NCBI RefSeq assembly: GCF_009914755.1
Contig: NC_060938.1
From: the human T2T-CHM13v2.0 reference genome, Homo sapiens
Length of the DNA stretch: 64,000 bases
Strand: one strand, 5' to 3'
Shown: positions 1-16,053 of the stretch, piece after piece
How the letters are laid out: every line of letters starts with the position of its first letter
Numbering within the stretch: position 1 is the stretch's first letter
Made by a program: the position numbers and the translations under genes
Notes under the pieces: model-generated
What the model was told of the DNA's origin: nothing
The model's database searches: none
The model's input: only the letters and a program-made list of their open reading frames with translations

Positions 1-227
1 TTATATGTAATAGCTGAGTGCCAAGAGTTATCATTTAAAGCTGGCAAATCATATAAGAGAAACATAAGCAAATTTAATCATTTAAAAGATGATGTCCACC
101 AAAACTTTGTGTTGGAAAAAGAGAGAAAAGAGATATCATCACCCGTTATAGGGATCGAATACATGCTGGTTAACGAATAGAACACTAAAATTATTATATG
201 CCATTATACTTATAAAGTTAACCCCTA

Positions 228-552
<325 letters not shown>

Positions 553-599
553 ATAAAGTTAACCCCTAAGACAAAAATACAAAACTCACCAAGTGTCAG

Positions 600-1050
600 A
601 AAAAAAAGACACACATACAAAAAATAAGACAAAGACTGATACAGGAAAGAGGTCATCGCTGTTCACTCTATGATCAGCTGCAGAAAGCATTTATCTAGTC
701 AAAATCATGCAGATGTTTCACTTCTATCTAATTAAATATTGGGAAGACAGGAGGACAGGAAAAGAGCCCTTCTGTGATGAGGCAGGCAGGAAGTAGGAAC
801 TAACTCCTCATCTTCCACAATGGAAAGTCAAAAAAAATCCCCAAAACTGAAAATTCCAGAAGTAGCACAAGCATGATATTTAAAGACATGGGGATGAGTG
901 TTAAAATCAACAATCAAAACAGATGAAAGCAACAGTCTCTGGGAAGGTAAGAAAAGGTGAGACGGTCAGAATGTTACTGTTTTTTATAAAAAATTTTGTA
1001 GAATATTTTGGTTCCTTACTATATAACTTTAATAAGAAGTACAATTTTTA
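600..1050 (+). mobile_element. Old L1 (L1M) 3' end fragment, probably continuing to the left of the Alu
   Basis: A-rich, with degenerate L1MC/ME-type 3' UTR motifs. Confidence 0.45.
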
Positions 1051-1343
1051 AAATGGAAGTTGAGCTCAAATGAGTAACCCGAGTTCAACCGACCAACTCA
1101 TATTTTCCATTCTAACCTTTTCATTAGGTTTGCTAGCCTTTCATTCTGGAAAAAGAGATACTTCATTATGCTTTGGCTTTTGTTGAAAGCCACCACAATG
1201 ACTGCATTAATTTAAATGACAGTGTTTCGTAAGCCTCCTCTGAACCTCAAACTATAGTGTATGCTATGAGGACAAAACACTGACTAAGCGCCCTTACTCA
1301 AGATGACCTGCAGAGGAAGAGATATTAGCAAACAAACGGGTAC

Positions 1344-1461
1344 CTATGGTCGTAATGACAGTTCCAGCAAAGAAAAAGGCACTGCCGAGGTCCCAGTGGC
1401 TGCTGTTGTTGGAAGAGTTTCCTATTGGACTGACTCCCGCATTGTCAGCATCAAGAGCATG
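1344..1461 (-). CDS. KCNK10: KCNK10 exon 3 (118 nt): M1-P1 loop, pore helix 1 and first half of the selectivity filter
   Basis: tttccctttctttgcag|CAT GCT CTT GAT...ACG ACC ATA G|gtaccc = [39 protein letters not shown](G). Contains N-glycosylation sequons and the K2P P1 motif. Its phase-0 start matches the end of exon 2. Confidence 0.97.
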
Positions 1462-1889
1462 CTGCAAAGAAAGGGAAAAAGCATAAGACTCAGTTTAAAA
1501 GTTGTTTATTTTTTTTTCTTCAAAAAAAAAAAAGGTTCCAATACATTATTCCCCTACTCAAGAACCTGCAGTGATCTAGAGAGAACTGGTTAAGTGGATG
1601 ATGGTAGCATCCCAAAGCAAAATACTATGCACCCAGTTGTGAAAATCAGAAAATTAGTGTTAAATAGGGGGGAAACGCTAGGATATAGAATATGGTGACA
1701 TTTATAGAAAGCTTGCAGGCATGGGGTGGCCCAGATTATGCAAAATGTTACAAGTTGCTGTGCATATACACACACAAAAAATGTCTAGAAGAATGTTCAC
1801 CCAAAGTGGGCATTTCCGCAAGGCAGGATTTTGGTTGCTTTTTCACTCTTTTCTGTCTTGTAAGAATGTTTTACGTTGAGCTTGTTTCC

Positions 1890-2100
1890 ACAGGGCAGGA
1901 GTTAAGAGCCATCCTGGCTGTGGCCGTTATTAACTTCAGAACCTTGGGCAAGTTGTTTGAACCTCTCTGAGCCTAGTTTCCTCATTTGCAAACTAGAGAT
2001 AATACCTTCCCCACAGGGTTGTTGTGAGGATTAAATGAGATGGTCCAAGTAACACCCTTAGCCAAATGTCTGGCTCCCAGTTAGGGTTTACCAAACAGTA
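1890..2100 (+). mobile_element. MIR
   Basis: Core cttgggcaagttgtttgaacctctctgagcctagtttcctcatttgcaaa...gttgtgaggattaaatgaga. Confidence 0.85.
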
Positions 2101-2920
2101 GCCAATTTCATGATTGTCATTCCACTCTCCCCCACCCCCACACCACACACACACACATCGCTCTTTTTAAAAATAAGCTACAATGACTCCTTGATGATAA
2201 CTGAATTGGAATTCCATACACCTTAAAATTTCCAACAAACTGGCCACAATGATGACCCATTTTCATCTCACACTGCTATAAATTCCCCACTCTGGGCAGG
2301 ACACTCCATGACATGTTCCCTGTACTTATGTACCTGTGCCCTCCCACAAACGGTGCCCATCCTTCTGGGTCTAATTCAAGCCCTGCTTCTTCCAGGAGAC
2401 TTAGTCTATGCATCACTGCTTCACAGTTGCCCCCTTCCCCGAGTTCATACTTCGGCAACAATTAAAGATACGCTAAAAATCCCTCCCTAGCCTCATCACG
2501 AGCAGGAGAAGGTGAAAAAACTCCGTAGCAGTTCTTCCTGAGCTGGCCCCTGCCATCTTCTTTCAAGCCAGGGAAAAAGGTAGGACGTGCTGTCATGGCA
2601 GCCGAAACACATGCTGTTCACACGGGTGAACTGGGATAAAAAAGCGACAGGTGGAAGCCTTGGAGAGGAGGTGACAGACACAGGAGCTACTTCTAGAACA
2701 ACAAACAGACTCTCTGTTCCTTGGGCAAACCTGGAATAACCCTATGTAGGGAGAGCAAGACACAAATATTGAAACGTAATTACATTTATCCTAAGTAATG
2801 CCCATTAAGCTTTGTTAAAACAGGCATACAGTGGTTGTCACAAATCAGATTACAACTGGAAAAGTCAATCATCATTACATTTTGCCTTCTTTCATCTGAG
2901 TTATTTCAAACACTCTGAAC

Positions 2921-3112
2921 CAGGGATCAACAACTTTTTCCATAAAGGGTCAGATAGTAAATATTTTAGCCCTGGTGGGCCACATATGGTTCTCTGTTGT
3001 ATATTTTTCTTTTTTTAAATAATCTTTTAAATATGCAAAAACCATTTTCAGCTCAGGGGTTGTACAAAAAGATGCTGCGAGCTAGATTTGGCAGACTCAT
3101 AGACAATTGACT
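2921..3112. mobile_element. MER58-like hAT-Charlie DNA transposon fossil
   Basis: cagggatcaacaactttttccataaagggtcagatagtaaatattttagc...gctagatttggc. Confidence 0.7.
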
Positions 3113-3829
3113 GGATGATACAGGGGAAAAAAGCACCTTCTGTCAAGTCGTGAGTCTATTCTTTTCTGCCTCTAAGAGAACATGGAATATTATGCAAGAC
3201 CGCAGCCGGCCACTGTTTCTAGCAAAACCTGGCACCCTAGAATTTAAAATCTGGCTGCATGGGATGTGTACAGACTGTCTTTGCATAAATCAGCCTAATT
3301 GACAGTGGTCACATAATCATCAGAGGTATGTTCTGCTCTGCTCTAGAGGGCAGACAGATGGTGAGTCCTTTCCACCGGTAGCATCTCCATTTTCACTGTG
3401 CCGTATGAGTACCATCAGACCAAGCCACAAAGCCTTCACCAGTGTTTATATCTTCATTATCAATTCAGCTCTGATGAGCCCACTTGGAAATAATACCGCA
3501 GGGAGGGCTCTAGGCTTCAGTCACTTAGGTTGCCTCAAATCACACCATCAGTACCTAATATTTACAACTCCTATCAAGCTGTGAAGAGAGGTTAGTCTCA
3601 CTCAAGTCTCACGGTGCTGAGAATTGCACACAAATGTCATAAGCAAACCCAGCACTGCAAACAAAAACACAGATTTGCACAAAAGACAATGGGGACGATG
3701 ATTTGTTTCATCAAAAAATCTGAAGAATCCTTTTCAAGTTTCATTTTTCTTGAATTATGCAATTTATAAATATTTAATGTTTACCTATGTAACCCTCAAG
3801 GAAAGTGTTTATCAGTTGAAAGGAAAAGG

Positions 3830-4060
3830 GAACTAACAGTTGTTAAGTGCCTGCCTTTCGCCAGGTGCACTAGAAGCGTCATTCTGTTTTATCCTTTCTA
3901 CAACTTGTGTGTGATTCCATTCTATCCTTTCCATAACTTGCAAGAAAGTAGTATTATCCCCCACCTTAGAGATGGGGAAACAGGCTCAGGAAACTTAATT
4001 AACTTGTCCTAGGTCACCCAGCCAGGAAGTGAAGAGGCCAGGATTCAACCCTGTCTGGCC
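3830..4060 (-). mobile_element. MIR
   Basis: attatcccccaccttagagatggggaaacaggctcagg...aacttgtcctaggtcacccagcc. Confidence 0.8.
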
Positions 4061-5026
4061 CAAAGCGGATGGTTTTGCCTTTCCTCTACCTTTGGTACCT
4101 AGAATGCATGTTGCCTCCCCTACTCCCATCTTCACCTCCAGACAGATGAGGAAGGAGGATAGCCATTGTCCCAGAATTTAGGCAGAAGAGACCTCACGAG
4201 AGATCATTTCTAATTAGACTACTTCCTTGAACATGCAAATGGAGACACCAAACTTCACTTGGCTGTTGAAGCTGATTAGAGATGAGTCGCTCTGTGTTAA
4301 AATAAAATTAAAGAATAAATTAATTAAAGTAGGAAAAGGTTGATTTTTATACCCTAAGAGGGAAGGATCAGAGAAAAGGGAAAAGCCCTGAAAAAGGAGG
4401 ACAAGAAGAAATAAAGCGACAAAAAGGGGTGTCAACTGACAGGTGGGAAATTCAGGCTCCGTAGCGGCAATGCCCAAGTCTTTGAAGAGCAACTCCATCT
4501 AGTATCCAATTTCAGCTGGGTTCTATCTGTGACGTCAATTCCTCTCTCCCTGCCAAATCTTCAGTAAAATGGCCAATGCACCCAAATGCCCTGGGGAAGC
4601 AGTTTTGTGGAAATTATACATAAGGCTTGTTATGGGCAAAGTAGGGCCACTGATGATCTGAACTAACTCCTTGAGAGCAAGACTCAATGAAAAGGAGAAA
4701 AATAAGCTCTCCCACGAGTCACCAAATTTCTGACAAGGCTTTAGAAAGCCCCAATGCTGAGAATGAGGTTTGATTTTCTATCTGGATCTTATGACTCTGA
4801 AAAACTCTGGCAAACAACCAGAATTCAAATGAATCAGCAAACTCGGGTTATAACTGACATTACCATTTGAATTGGCAACATCATTTTTAACTCAATAATA
4901 ATAATTCTAATTGAGTTTACAGTTCTAATTTTTATTAATTTTCGAAGTATTTTCAAATGATCTTAATTGTTTGAGCTCAAGTAAAACATTTTAAAATTAA
5001 ATGCATTTGCTTTTAAGATTTTTCTC

Positions 5027-5426
<400 letters not shown>

Positions 5427-6724
5427 TCAAAAGATGTTACAGGGTAGAGGTTCAACCAATGTTATTTAATAATTTCAGACTCAGTGAGCATCATTTGTTC
5501 ACTTACAAGTTCAACCATTATCAAGTTCAGAGAGATCTTACAAGGATCAAAAAATTCACACAGGCAGATAATTCAATAGAGGTAGACAGATAATTAGATA
5601 CGAGGGGATACTGTAGATAAGAGGGCATTACTTTACATTTTAATTCCATTCCTCCTTGAATTTCCTTTTTAGCCTCTAAGCTGGCATTTCCAGCACCCAC
5701 TCAGCTACCCAGTAAATGGCACGGGAGTGAATGTTTTAAGTTAACAATAAATAAATGAACAAACTAAACTAATAAATTTAGATATATTATCTTCCCAGAG
5801 GTGTGAGAGGAAAACATTTTACTTCTTTCTAAAATTAGACAAACACAAAAGCAACTCAACAAAAACAACAAAATAATAATGATTTGTTTCTTTTAAAAAG
5901 AGGTGGAGAGCTGACTTGAAAGAGGGCAGGATCTAAAAGATTCTGTGCCCCTCTTTCTCCCTTGTCCTCCCTCCCCCACACCATGCATTAGGACTACCTG
6001 ACAGGCAGAAGAGAGAAACTGCAACCTCTCACAAAGTGAGGCGGGTCTGTAGCTGATGCGCTTAGAAAGAGAGGAGGAGGAGGTAACTGGACCCCTCACA
6101 GGACCCCCCACCACGTTTTCCCCACCAGTTTCCTCCCATCAGGCAACGCCAGCTACATGAATCACTGCTCCAGACAGCGTGCGATACCATCATGAGCGTT
6201 AGTGCTGCACTGGGATGAATGATGACCCACAGGGGACCACTAACTGTCTGTGGCTTTTCTCCTATGATCTGTGCACTCGGTGAGATCATCTGTTTCTCTG
6301 TTTCCTTATGTGCCACCAAAAAGAAAGACAAACAAAGGTGCAGCAGTAATCTCTTGGTTGTCTCAGATTGGCTGAAGAATACAACAGATTCGTGCTTTAT
6401 GCATGGACGCTAATAGCTGGATGACCAGTTGATCTATTGTCCAAAGCAGGGAACTTGCAAATAAAAAGGTAGCTCTGTTAACAGCTATGCTGGGACCACA
6501 GGACAGGTGCAACCCAGGATGTATGGTCATTTTACTAACAGACTGTTTGTCTCTCGAGAAAGGACTTCATCTGAGGGTACAATGGTGGCTGCGTCCACCA
6601 CGTTCTTACTCCCTGAACGGCACAGTCAGCAAAGGGATTATGAATTGGAGATTTAGCCAGGGATTGAGGCAGGATGAGGGCATGAATGTGGAAAGTGGTT
6701 TCTAAAATGTATTAAAAGTGAGCC

Positions 6725-7073
<349 letters not shown>

Positions 7074-7409
7074 TCACACATTTGTGGCCGAAGAGCCTCG
7101 GGTTTGAAGTGGAAAGACAATATTTAATTTGCTTGCCACAATTACTTTTTCTTTCACCTGCTTCAGAAGTATTTCACATATAAATATTCCACAGCCACAC
7201 AAGTGAATCTTCCAAGGGCAAGGTGAGTTCACAATATTTCAAACAACCATGGGAGGGTCTCAGAGAGGATTTCTGGGGCCACACCCAGTGAGGCACTTTT
7301 GTGGCTGATTCAGAGATGTCTTGGATTCAGTGCAGAGGAAGACAGTGGGAGCACCTCATACATTACTCTTGCAACAGGGAAAGTTCTTGGATAAAGCGGT
7401 AACCATTCA

Positions 7410-7540
7410 GCCTTGCAAGCTGTTCAGCTTCTCTGAACCTTGATTTCCTCATCTATAAAATGAGGACTAATACCTTCCATACAAGGTTGTTGTCAGAGTT
7501 GTCTAAAAATGAACATAAGACTTCAGGCACTGTGCCTTGT
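7410..7540 (+). mobile_element. MIR
   Basis: ttctctgaaccttgatttcctcatctataaaatgagg. Confidence 0.75.
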
Positions 7541-9073
7541 CATTTCTTATTCAGGAGTATTAGTAACAGGAACCCTTTCGGAGCACTTCCTAGAGTACAG
7601 ATTAACTCAGCCCTGGTGAGGACCTAGTACAGTGGGCAACACTGCTGCCCCCAAGGGACTCATGACACTGAGAATGGTAAAGTGCTGTGTGTACAGTACA
7701 CATCTGGTGCGCAGCAAAGCTAGCAAACAATGCTCTTAGAATTGTCAACAGGAAGTTCACCATCCTGAACTCTGCAAAGGCGCTTCTCTCTACCTTGAGT
7801 TCTTTTTTCTCTATCTCAGACGCACAGCTTCCCACATCTGGGAAGGGCAGGCTGGCTCACACCCAGCCTGGGACACCCAGCTACCTGCAATAGGACGAAG
7901 GGAAGAGAATGCAGGCTGACGCACGTGTGCCTTTACCTCCCACCCAGACACAGCCAATATGGCAGTCAAGCCTGGGCTGACCTGAGTGGACACGCCCCAA
8001 TCAAGTGGCCTTCCTAACTGCCACACCACCTCAGAGTCCCTCATAAAAAGCAGACCAGACCATAAAAAGGTAAAGAAAGAGGCACCTTCAGTGCTGTGGT
8101 GGATATTACAATGACGTGTATTTTCCTACTGCCCTAAGTACCCAGTTATGTGCAAATATTAGCCTTTCCTCAGGTCCTCAGGGAGCCAGGCAGCAAGTTT
8201 TCATTAGAACTTTACAGCCTAGTTATAAATCTAAAGTGAAGGCCACTGGCAGAAAGGACAGGGCAAGTGGAGAATCTGTTTGGAGAAGAGGAGAGAGAAA
8301 CCCAGGATGGGCTAGCATGCTTGCTCATGGCGTATGGTCTTAGACACGCTAGCTTTCCTTGCTACTACAAGTTAATCCCTTACAATGGGGATTTCTGAGA
8401 CTCAATTCATTAGCCCCTTGGGTATTCACTAACGACTAATCTATCTAAATATTATCTTATGAGACCAGGCCATATTTGGGGGCACTCTTGTAGCTTCCAA
8501 ATTGTGCCTTATGATGGAAAATGCATTTCCTCTGTCTCTCTTTGACTACATGGAAGGATGAAATAAGACAAATTTTAAACCACGAGGAAAGTATCAAGTC
8601 CACTAAGGAATCAGGGATAGATGTGTATACTTTGATATGATCAATAAACTTTCAGACTAACAAGCTGTCACTCTTTCATCTCAGTTTGGACTTACACTCT
8701 ACAGGCAGAATAACAAATTTGCCAACTGATGTTGAAAAATTGCCCTGGTCCTGAGGAGAGTGTCTGATATATGCCTTGCTCTCTCTGCACTTGAGATCAT
8801 TCCCATTAAAAATGGGTCTATCCAATTTCTATTTTTAAAAAACTGTACTGGACTACAAAAGCAGCTACAAGAATTCTGATTCATTACACTGTGCACTAAA
8901 TGGAAGGTTACTATTCCTTCCATTGCCATTGCATTGAACAGAGCCTGAAATTTAATATTTAGATGATTAATAACATCATGAAAAAGAGAGGCTTCTGCTA
9001 TCTTGCTTTTATTGTAGCTATTTACCTTAGGGCTCTTTGTTGCTTTTGAGTGATCAATATTAATCACAAATTA

Positions 9074-9399
<326 letters not shown>

Positions 9400-10219
9400 T
9401 CATTTTCTGTGCCTCCTTAAGAATGAGTCACCAAATCTCCCTGAGCATAGTTTGATAAGGGGAGAAACAAGGAAGTGCAGACAATGCTAGAAACTTCAGG
9501 GAAAGTTCTAGAATACTCCTAAAATTAATCATAGCTGCCAGCACTTGCAATGTGGCAGACTCCGCCTTATTATCCTATTTAGTCCTCACAAAATCCTGTG
9601 AGGTTATAGTAGTTAGGAAGTGTCAGAGCTGAGACTGGTTAAAAGTCCTCTCTTTTAACTCTAGCCTTCTATCTTCCACGAATAGTTCTCTGTTCACCTT
9701 CTAAACATTTTTCTAAAGCTCATCTGTCATGTCACCTTCTTCCAACTAAAAAAAAGGACAACATAGAGAAGTCATAATTTGTATGTCTCATCTCCATTTT
9801 TAAAAAAACAAAAGGTTAAACACTCACTTACTGAGGAAAGTTAAGCTGCACCAGCAGGCTTTTCATCTCTTCTGCCCATTTCCATAGAGAAGGAAGGAAA
9901 AATAAATGTTCCCAATATAAAGTGACAAGCTACTCTTAATTGCAGACCTGAATGATAACCCATGGACATTGGTTTTAGATCGAAAAGGGTGACCCAGCTT
10001 CAACACCTTATGTTAAGACACAAAGCCCTGCCACTCTAAAGGACAACCAGGAGGTAATCACGACTCTCTGCAGTTGACTCACAGGTGAATGAAGGTCCTC
10101 TTGGGGGTCCCATAGGTTGAGTCAGAGACTCCTGCTCTGTGACTAAGGACCTGAGTGGTTCCTTGTCTTCTAGAACCAATCTAGTAACCAATAGCTACTG
10201 GGCTGTAACTATCCACTAG

Positions 10220-10435
10220 AGTAGAGCATCATGGCTAAAAACCATGGATTCTAGAGCCGGACTGCCTTGGCCGGATCACAGTTCCACCTCTCACTTCAGC
10301 TTGGGCAAGTTATTTAACTTCTCTGTTCCTCTGTTGCTTACCCCACTTCATAGGATCAATGTAAAATTTAAATGAGTTACTACACGTGAAGCATTTAGAG
10401 CAGTTGCTGTCCACAGTAAGCACCATGCCAGAATT
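10220..10435 (+). mobile_element. MIR
   Basis: ttgggcaagttatttaacttctctgttcct...aaatgagttactacacgtgaagcatttag. Confidence 0.75.
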
Positions 10436-11382
10436 GGCTAGCGATATAATTAATACTGAACCTCAAGCTCCCTGAGGACAGGGTGGAGGCATCTTGCATT
10501 TTTTATTGTTTTTTAATCGCTAGAGCCAAACATAGCACCTGCTTCATTATAGGTACTAAGTAAATATTAGTTATATAAATGAATACATTGTATTGTGATA
10601 AGTAATAAGAGCAATTGTAGGAACGAGACACCATCAAAATCTCATTATTCCATAATGTATACAGCCACACTCTAAAGGAGAACAAACCCATGCACATTTG
10701 GAAAAAAATGCAGTCACAGGAGCATTCACTTCTGGGTTTTGGTTTTATTTTTATGGGAGTTTTTTTAGAACATTGAATTCTCATTTGCAAATTCATTTTC
10801 CAGTGGCATGCCAATTTCCATTACCTCTTTAATTTCTGGCTTAAAAGCTTTAGATCTCCTTCACTAAACAGTGATGAAATCAATAACCCCAGGGATAGAA
10901 ACAGTAATAATAATGACTCGGAGGCCTGTAGACACAGGCTGGGGGCTGCAGGCCTGATCTTGCACACATTGAAGCATCTTTTGCGTGACTGCCTTGCTGG
11001 TGAAAGGGCAGCTCTTCTAAATTCAAAGCAACAGCCAGGAGGAGTCACTTCAACTCAGAGTTGTGCCCCTGGGCTCAAAGAACCCGAACCTGCACTCTCC
11101 AGAGCTCACCTGCTGCCTGAGCTGCTACCTAAACTTCCTGGACTAAAGACTGCTTGAAATAGGGGATGGCCCAGGGCAGACAAACAGAGGGCTGCTCTAG
11201 ATCTGCACTCTGAAGTCACAACAAGGATTTCCATGAACATCTCAGGTGCCGTGCTTTCCAACACGCTGCTTTCCTAAAAATTCTTATGTCCCTAAATAGG
11301 GAAATACGTAAAGCTTCGACGGCTATAGATACCAAGGGAATCTGCTCATGCATAAAGAAGACAACAAGGTGAGTTTTTGTCT

Positions 11383-11465
11383 TAGCTGGGTGTGGTGGCA
11401 CACCCCTGTAGTCCCAGCTTCTCAGGAGGCTGAGACAGAAAAATCACTTGAATACAGGAGGCGGA
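11383..11465 (+). mobile_element. Alu fragment
   Basis: agctgggtgtggtggcacacccctgtagtcccagcttctcaggaggctgag. Confidence 0.75.
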
Positions 11466-11592
11466 TCCAGAGAAGTACTATTGACAACCAGACCAAAAAG
11501 AAAAGACTTGTAAAACAGAAACAAAAGAATTTTTTGCTTTCCTTCTGTGAAAGTTCTAAATGAAGGGCTCTTGGTCTTCAAACAGATACAAA

Positions 11593-11929
<337 letters not shown>

Positions 11930-12339
11930 TCAAGCCTTTAGCATTTTCTATTGGCCAGCCACTGTGCCAGGCAGAAGGGATATATTGATAAAAGACATAG
12001 ATTCAACTTCAAAGAGCTCACAGTCATGGAAAGAGGACAGAGAAAAGTAAAGGTCATCCAAGAGAGTCTAGCAAATGGGGGGCAAATGGTGCCAAGCAGG
12101 ACACGACCCAACATAAAGGGCCCATAAAGGCTTCCCCCAAGAGTTGAGTTTTGGCACCACTGAGGACAATTGAGTTCAGAACTCCAGAGCAAAACACTTA
12201 GCAGAGTGCCACAGTTGCCACTCCATAAATGTTTAGTTATTGAATTAATGAACAAATAACTTAAAACCCTTTGGGTTTATACGAAGAACCAAAATGGCAA
12301 TGTACTGATTGACCAGATTATATCACTCTGCTACTGAAA

Positions 12340-13050
12340 ACATAACTGTAAGCTTCACAGTGCTCTTAAGATAAAATTCAGAATCAGCACCTGCGTGGTT
12401 TGGCTCCTGCCTGTCTCCAGCCAAATTGCTTTCTAAGTTCCCTTTGCTAAATGCCCTTTGGCCACATTTGCTCACTTCTCTCAAGTCCTCAGCCATGGCA
12501 TGTTGCTTCCTCCCATCCAGGGCCTTGACTCAGCCCTCTCTGCCTGGAATCTTTGTCCTACTAAATCAGTTCTCCTATTTGGGTGTCCCATAGCTCTAGC
12601 TCCCTCTCCTTTGCAACTTTCATCTGGCTTTTAGTTACAATTATTTGTGTAATAACATGCATAAGGTTTGGCTCTCCCACTGTCTATAAGTAGGGTCACT
12701 ATATATTTTATATTTCAAACCAAGACACTTTTTTTTTAATATAGATGGGGTTTTGCCATGTTGCCCAGGCTGGTCTCAAACTCCTGAGCTCAAGTGATCC
12801 GCCTGCCTCAGCCTCCCAAAGTGCTGAGATTATAGACATGAGCCACCACGCCCAGCCCCAGGACACTTCTGAGAGAGAAAGGGGCACTATTAACAATTAC
12901 TCCAGAACCACAAAACCTGGGACATTTGGTCATCCTAGTTATAAGCTCCAAGAAGGCAGGGACCATGTCTGTCTTTTATTCACCATTACATCCCAGCATC
13001 TAGCACAGTAGGCAATCAACAAGTTTGTTGAATGAAAGAATGAATAAGTG
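12340..13050 (+). mobile_element. L2 3' fragments, interrupted by an Alu monomer
   Basis: taagctccaagaaggcagggaccatgtctgtctt...tagcacagtaggcaatcaacaagtttgttgaatgaa is the L2 3' terminus. Confidence 0.7.
12727..12858 (-). mobile_element. Alu left monomer (FLAM-like)
   Basis: T-tract then gatggggttttgccatgttgcccaggctgg...gagccaccacgcccagcc. Confidence 0.85.
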
Positions 13051-13629
13051 AGTGAGCAAATGAGTAAGTGAGTGAGCAAGTGAGTGACTCGGGTCTTGGC
13101 AGAAGGGCAGAGCCACAGCCTTGGGAAATGTTTATGGGTCATGCAAATTACCAAGGAGATTACCAACATCTCCTTGGTTATGGAGAGAACAGTTTGACAG
13201 TTCATAATATCTAGTCCTCTCATCTGCAGAATAGCAGCTTTGGTTGCCATGACAACATCAAAGGTTCATACCCAGGACCACAGCACAATACCCACTCCTC
13301 ACATGCCGCTGCCCACATCTTAGACTAAATCTTTCTCCACTAAAACATGGTAGAGTCAGGCCCAATGCGCACAGCCAATAAAATGAGTCAGTAAGCCAGA
13401 GGCCAACAATCTGGCACCCCAGCCTTGTCATGCAGGCTCTCTGTATGTCAGAAAGGTTACAAATACAGGAAGAGGACAGGAGAGAGAGCTCTGCGTTAGA
13501 AGGCAAGCACTAACTGTCACAAAGGAGCCTGCTCATCATGTTGTTTGAGTGGGTTTTCCCTTCGTCAGGAGGAATTTGTCTTGATCCAATTATGTACTCT
13601 CTAAGCCCACCGTGTCAAGCCAAGGAGAG

Positions 13630-13845
13630 TACGATTAAGAGAGCGTGGCCTCTGGAGTCAGAGAGATCTAGCTAGACTCAAGTCCTGCTTTGGTCACTAG
13701 CTAGATGCAAGAACTTTACCCTCTGTAAAATGGGGCAGCAACAGTGGCCGCCTCTTGGTGCAATGGAGAGAGGCAAATGAAGCTAAGTAATATATGTAAA
13801 CTCTCTAGCACCCAGCCAGCACAGAATCAGTGCCTAATAAATAAT
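13630..13845 (+). mobile_element. MIR
   Basis: ctctggagtcagagagatct...ctgtaaaatgggg...gtgcctaataaataat. Confidence 0.65.
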
Positions 13846-13849
13846 GCTG

Positions 13850-14180
13850 ACTGGAAAGAGTCAGGGGAGCAGAGGATAGGGAAGGATTTGTTAAACGGGA
13901 CATAATTACAGCAAGATAACAGGAATAAATTCTAGTGTTCTATACCACTGCAGGATGGACTACAGTTAACAATAATCTAGTATATAGTTTCAAATAGCTA
14001 AAAGGAGGATATTGAACGTTCCCAACACAAAGAAATGATAAATGTTTGAGATGATGAATATGCTAATTTCCCGGATCTGATCATCATACATTGTAGGTAT
14101 GGAAACATCACGAGGTACCTCATAAATACATACAATTATTATAGGTCATTTTTAATTTTTTAATGAAAAAATAATAAATC
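13850..14180 (+). mobile_element. L1MA-type 3' UTR fragment
   Basis: aggaataaattctagtgttctatacc...cccaacacaaagaaatgataaatgtttgagatgatg...ctgatcatcatacattgta. Confidence 0.85.
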
Positions 14181-14261
14181 TTGCCAAATAATACTCATCA
14201 AACACAGTACTGAGCAAAGTATCTGAAACTCTATTTGGAAAGGATTAAAAAAAAAATCCTT

Positions 14262-14617
<356 letters not shown>

Positions 14618-16053
14618 TCACTGGACCAGTCAGGGTGAGGGGGAGAGAGAGAGAGAGACAAAGCAGGTGGGAAGAGACCCCCCAAAAGGCTCATGCTCCA
14701 GGCAGTTCCAGACCTAGCCCCAGCCATGCAGATGAAGGCCCCGGGACTTTCTTCAGACAGAAAAACTATCATGAACAGACAGTGACCATTTTGCATTGGA
14801 GAGACCCCTCTTGCTGGAGGCAAGGACTGAAGTGAGCCAAGGAAGAAGGCAGCCTACCAGGGAGTGAGATAACCTGCTCACTCTGAGGGGATTAGACCAA
14901 CCTGCCCCCAGAAACATTCTCCAGAGAGAGAGGAATAGACCCCTGTCGTTTGCTTTATGGCAAGGCACTTAGAATGAAAAATCCCATGTCCTTCCCGATG
15001 GGTGCCTCATCCAACCCTAAACCCACTCCCGTGAAATGCTATTCCCTTCAGCGAGGCTATGACCAGAAGAAATGGCAGCCATGGGACCACTCGAGCTCCC
15101 CTGAAGACACTCAAAATCTTCAAACATCTGGGAAACATCAGAATTCATAACCTGAAAAAAGACTGCTGCCAATGATCATCCCTGCAAACCGAAGCATTCA
15201 TTCTACACTTCCCCGTCAGTCAGCGAAGGCTCCTCACGATTTTATTCTTTGAGGATCACAAAAGAGGAATGTTTTATGGCTTTCTCCAAGACTAGTCAGT
15301 ATAGAAGCTTCTAAGACAATTGCACTGGGAACAGGGAGATAAGCAATTGCGGCATGTGAGGACGTCAAAGATAAAGGCTTTCTTGGGACACAGTGACCGC
15401 CAAATCAAGTTCATGGAAACCTCAACTTCAAAAATACATTTAATTTACTTTATTCTACTGCCAAAGAAATGCAAGTACTCCAGGTATAATTATCTTTGTC
15501 TACTCAGTTCGCTTGAGAGAAGAAAGACGGGTGGGAGAAGGAAATAGCATTTCCTGATGCCAGTGACATGCCAGGCACTCTGCTAGGTTCACTCACTCCC
15601 CACAATCATCCTAATGAGGACTGTGATCCCTTTAATATGAGGAGGGGCCTTAGGTTTAGTGGTGTTGAGGGACCAAGTCTATCTGATATAACGTCCATGA
15701 TCATTCCCCTTCTAACACACCCTTTCTTTGAAAACACAATATTCCCCACGTGGAGTGCTATAGCACCATGCCAGACAGCCCAGTTTCTTGAATCATGTTT
15801 CCTTCTCCCTCCAGCCTTTTCCTTGGAGTAAAAGCTTTATGAAGAGGTCTACATATTAGTGAGGGGATACTCACCATTGATGCAAGTAAGCAGTATGGCA
15901 CAAGGGTTCAGTTGTGTGGGCTCTGGAGTCTGGCTTCCCAGGGCTCAAATCCAAGTTTAATCACTTATTGGCTGTCTGGACTTGGACAAGTTATTTAACT
16001 TCTTGGGATTTATTTCCTCATCCATAAAATGAGATGATGATTGAACCTACTTC

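Noticed and set aside
1303-1593. 96-aa plus-strand ORF over exon 3
   Set aside because: Antisense to the real exon and passes through T/A homopolymers.
3336-3355. CTCF-like motif gctctagagggcag (also a weaker one near 13745)
   Set aside because: Two or more mismatches to the core, so it cannot be separated from chance without ChIP data.
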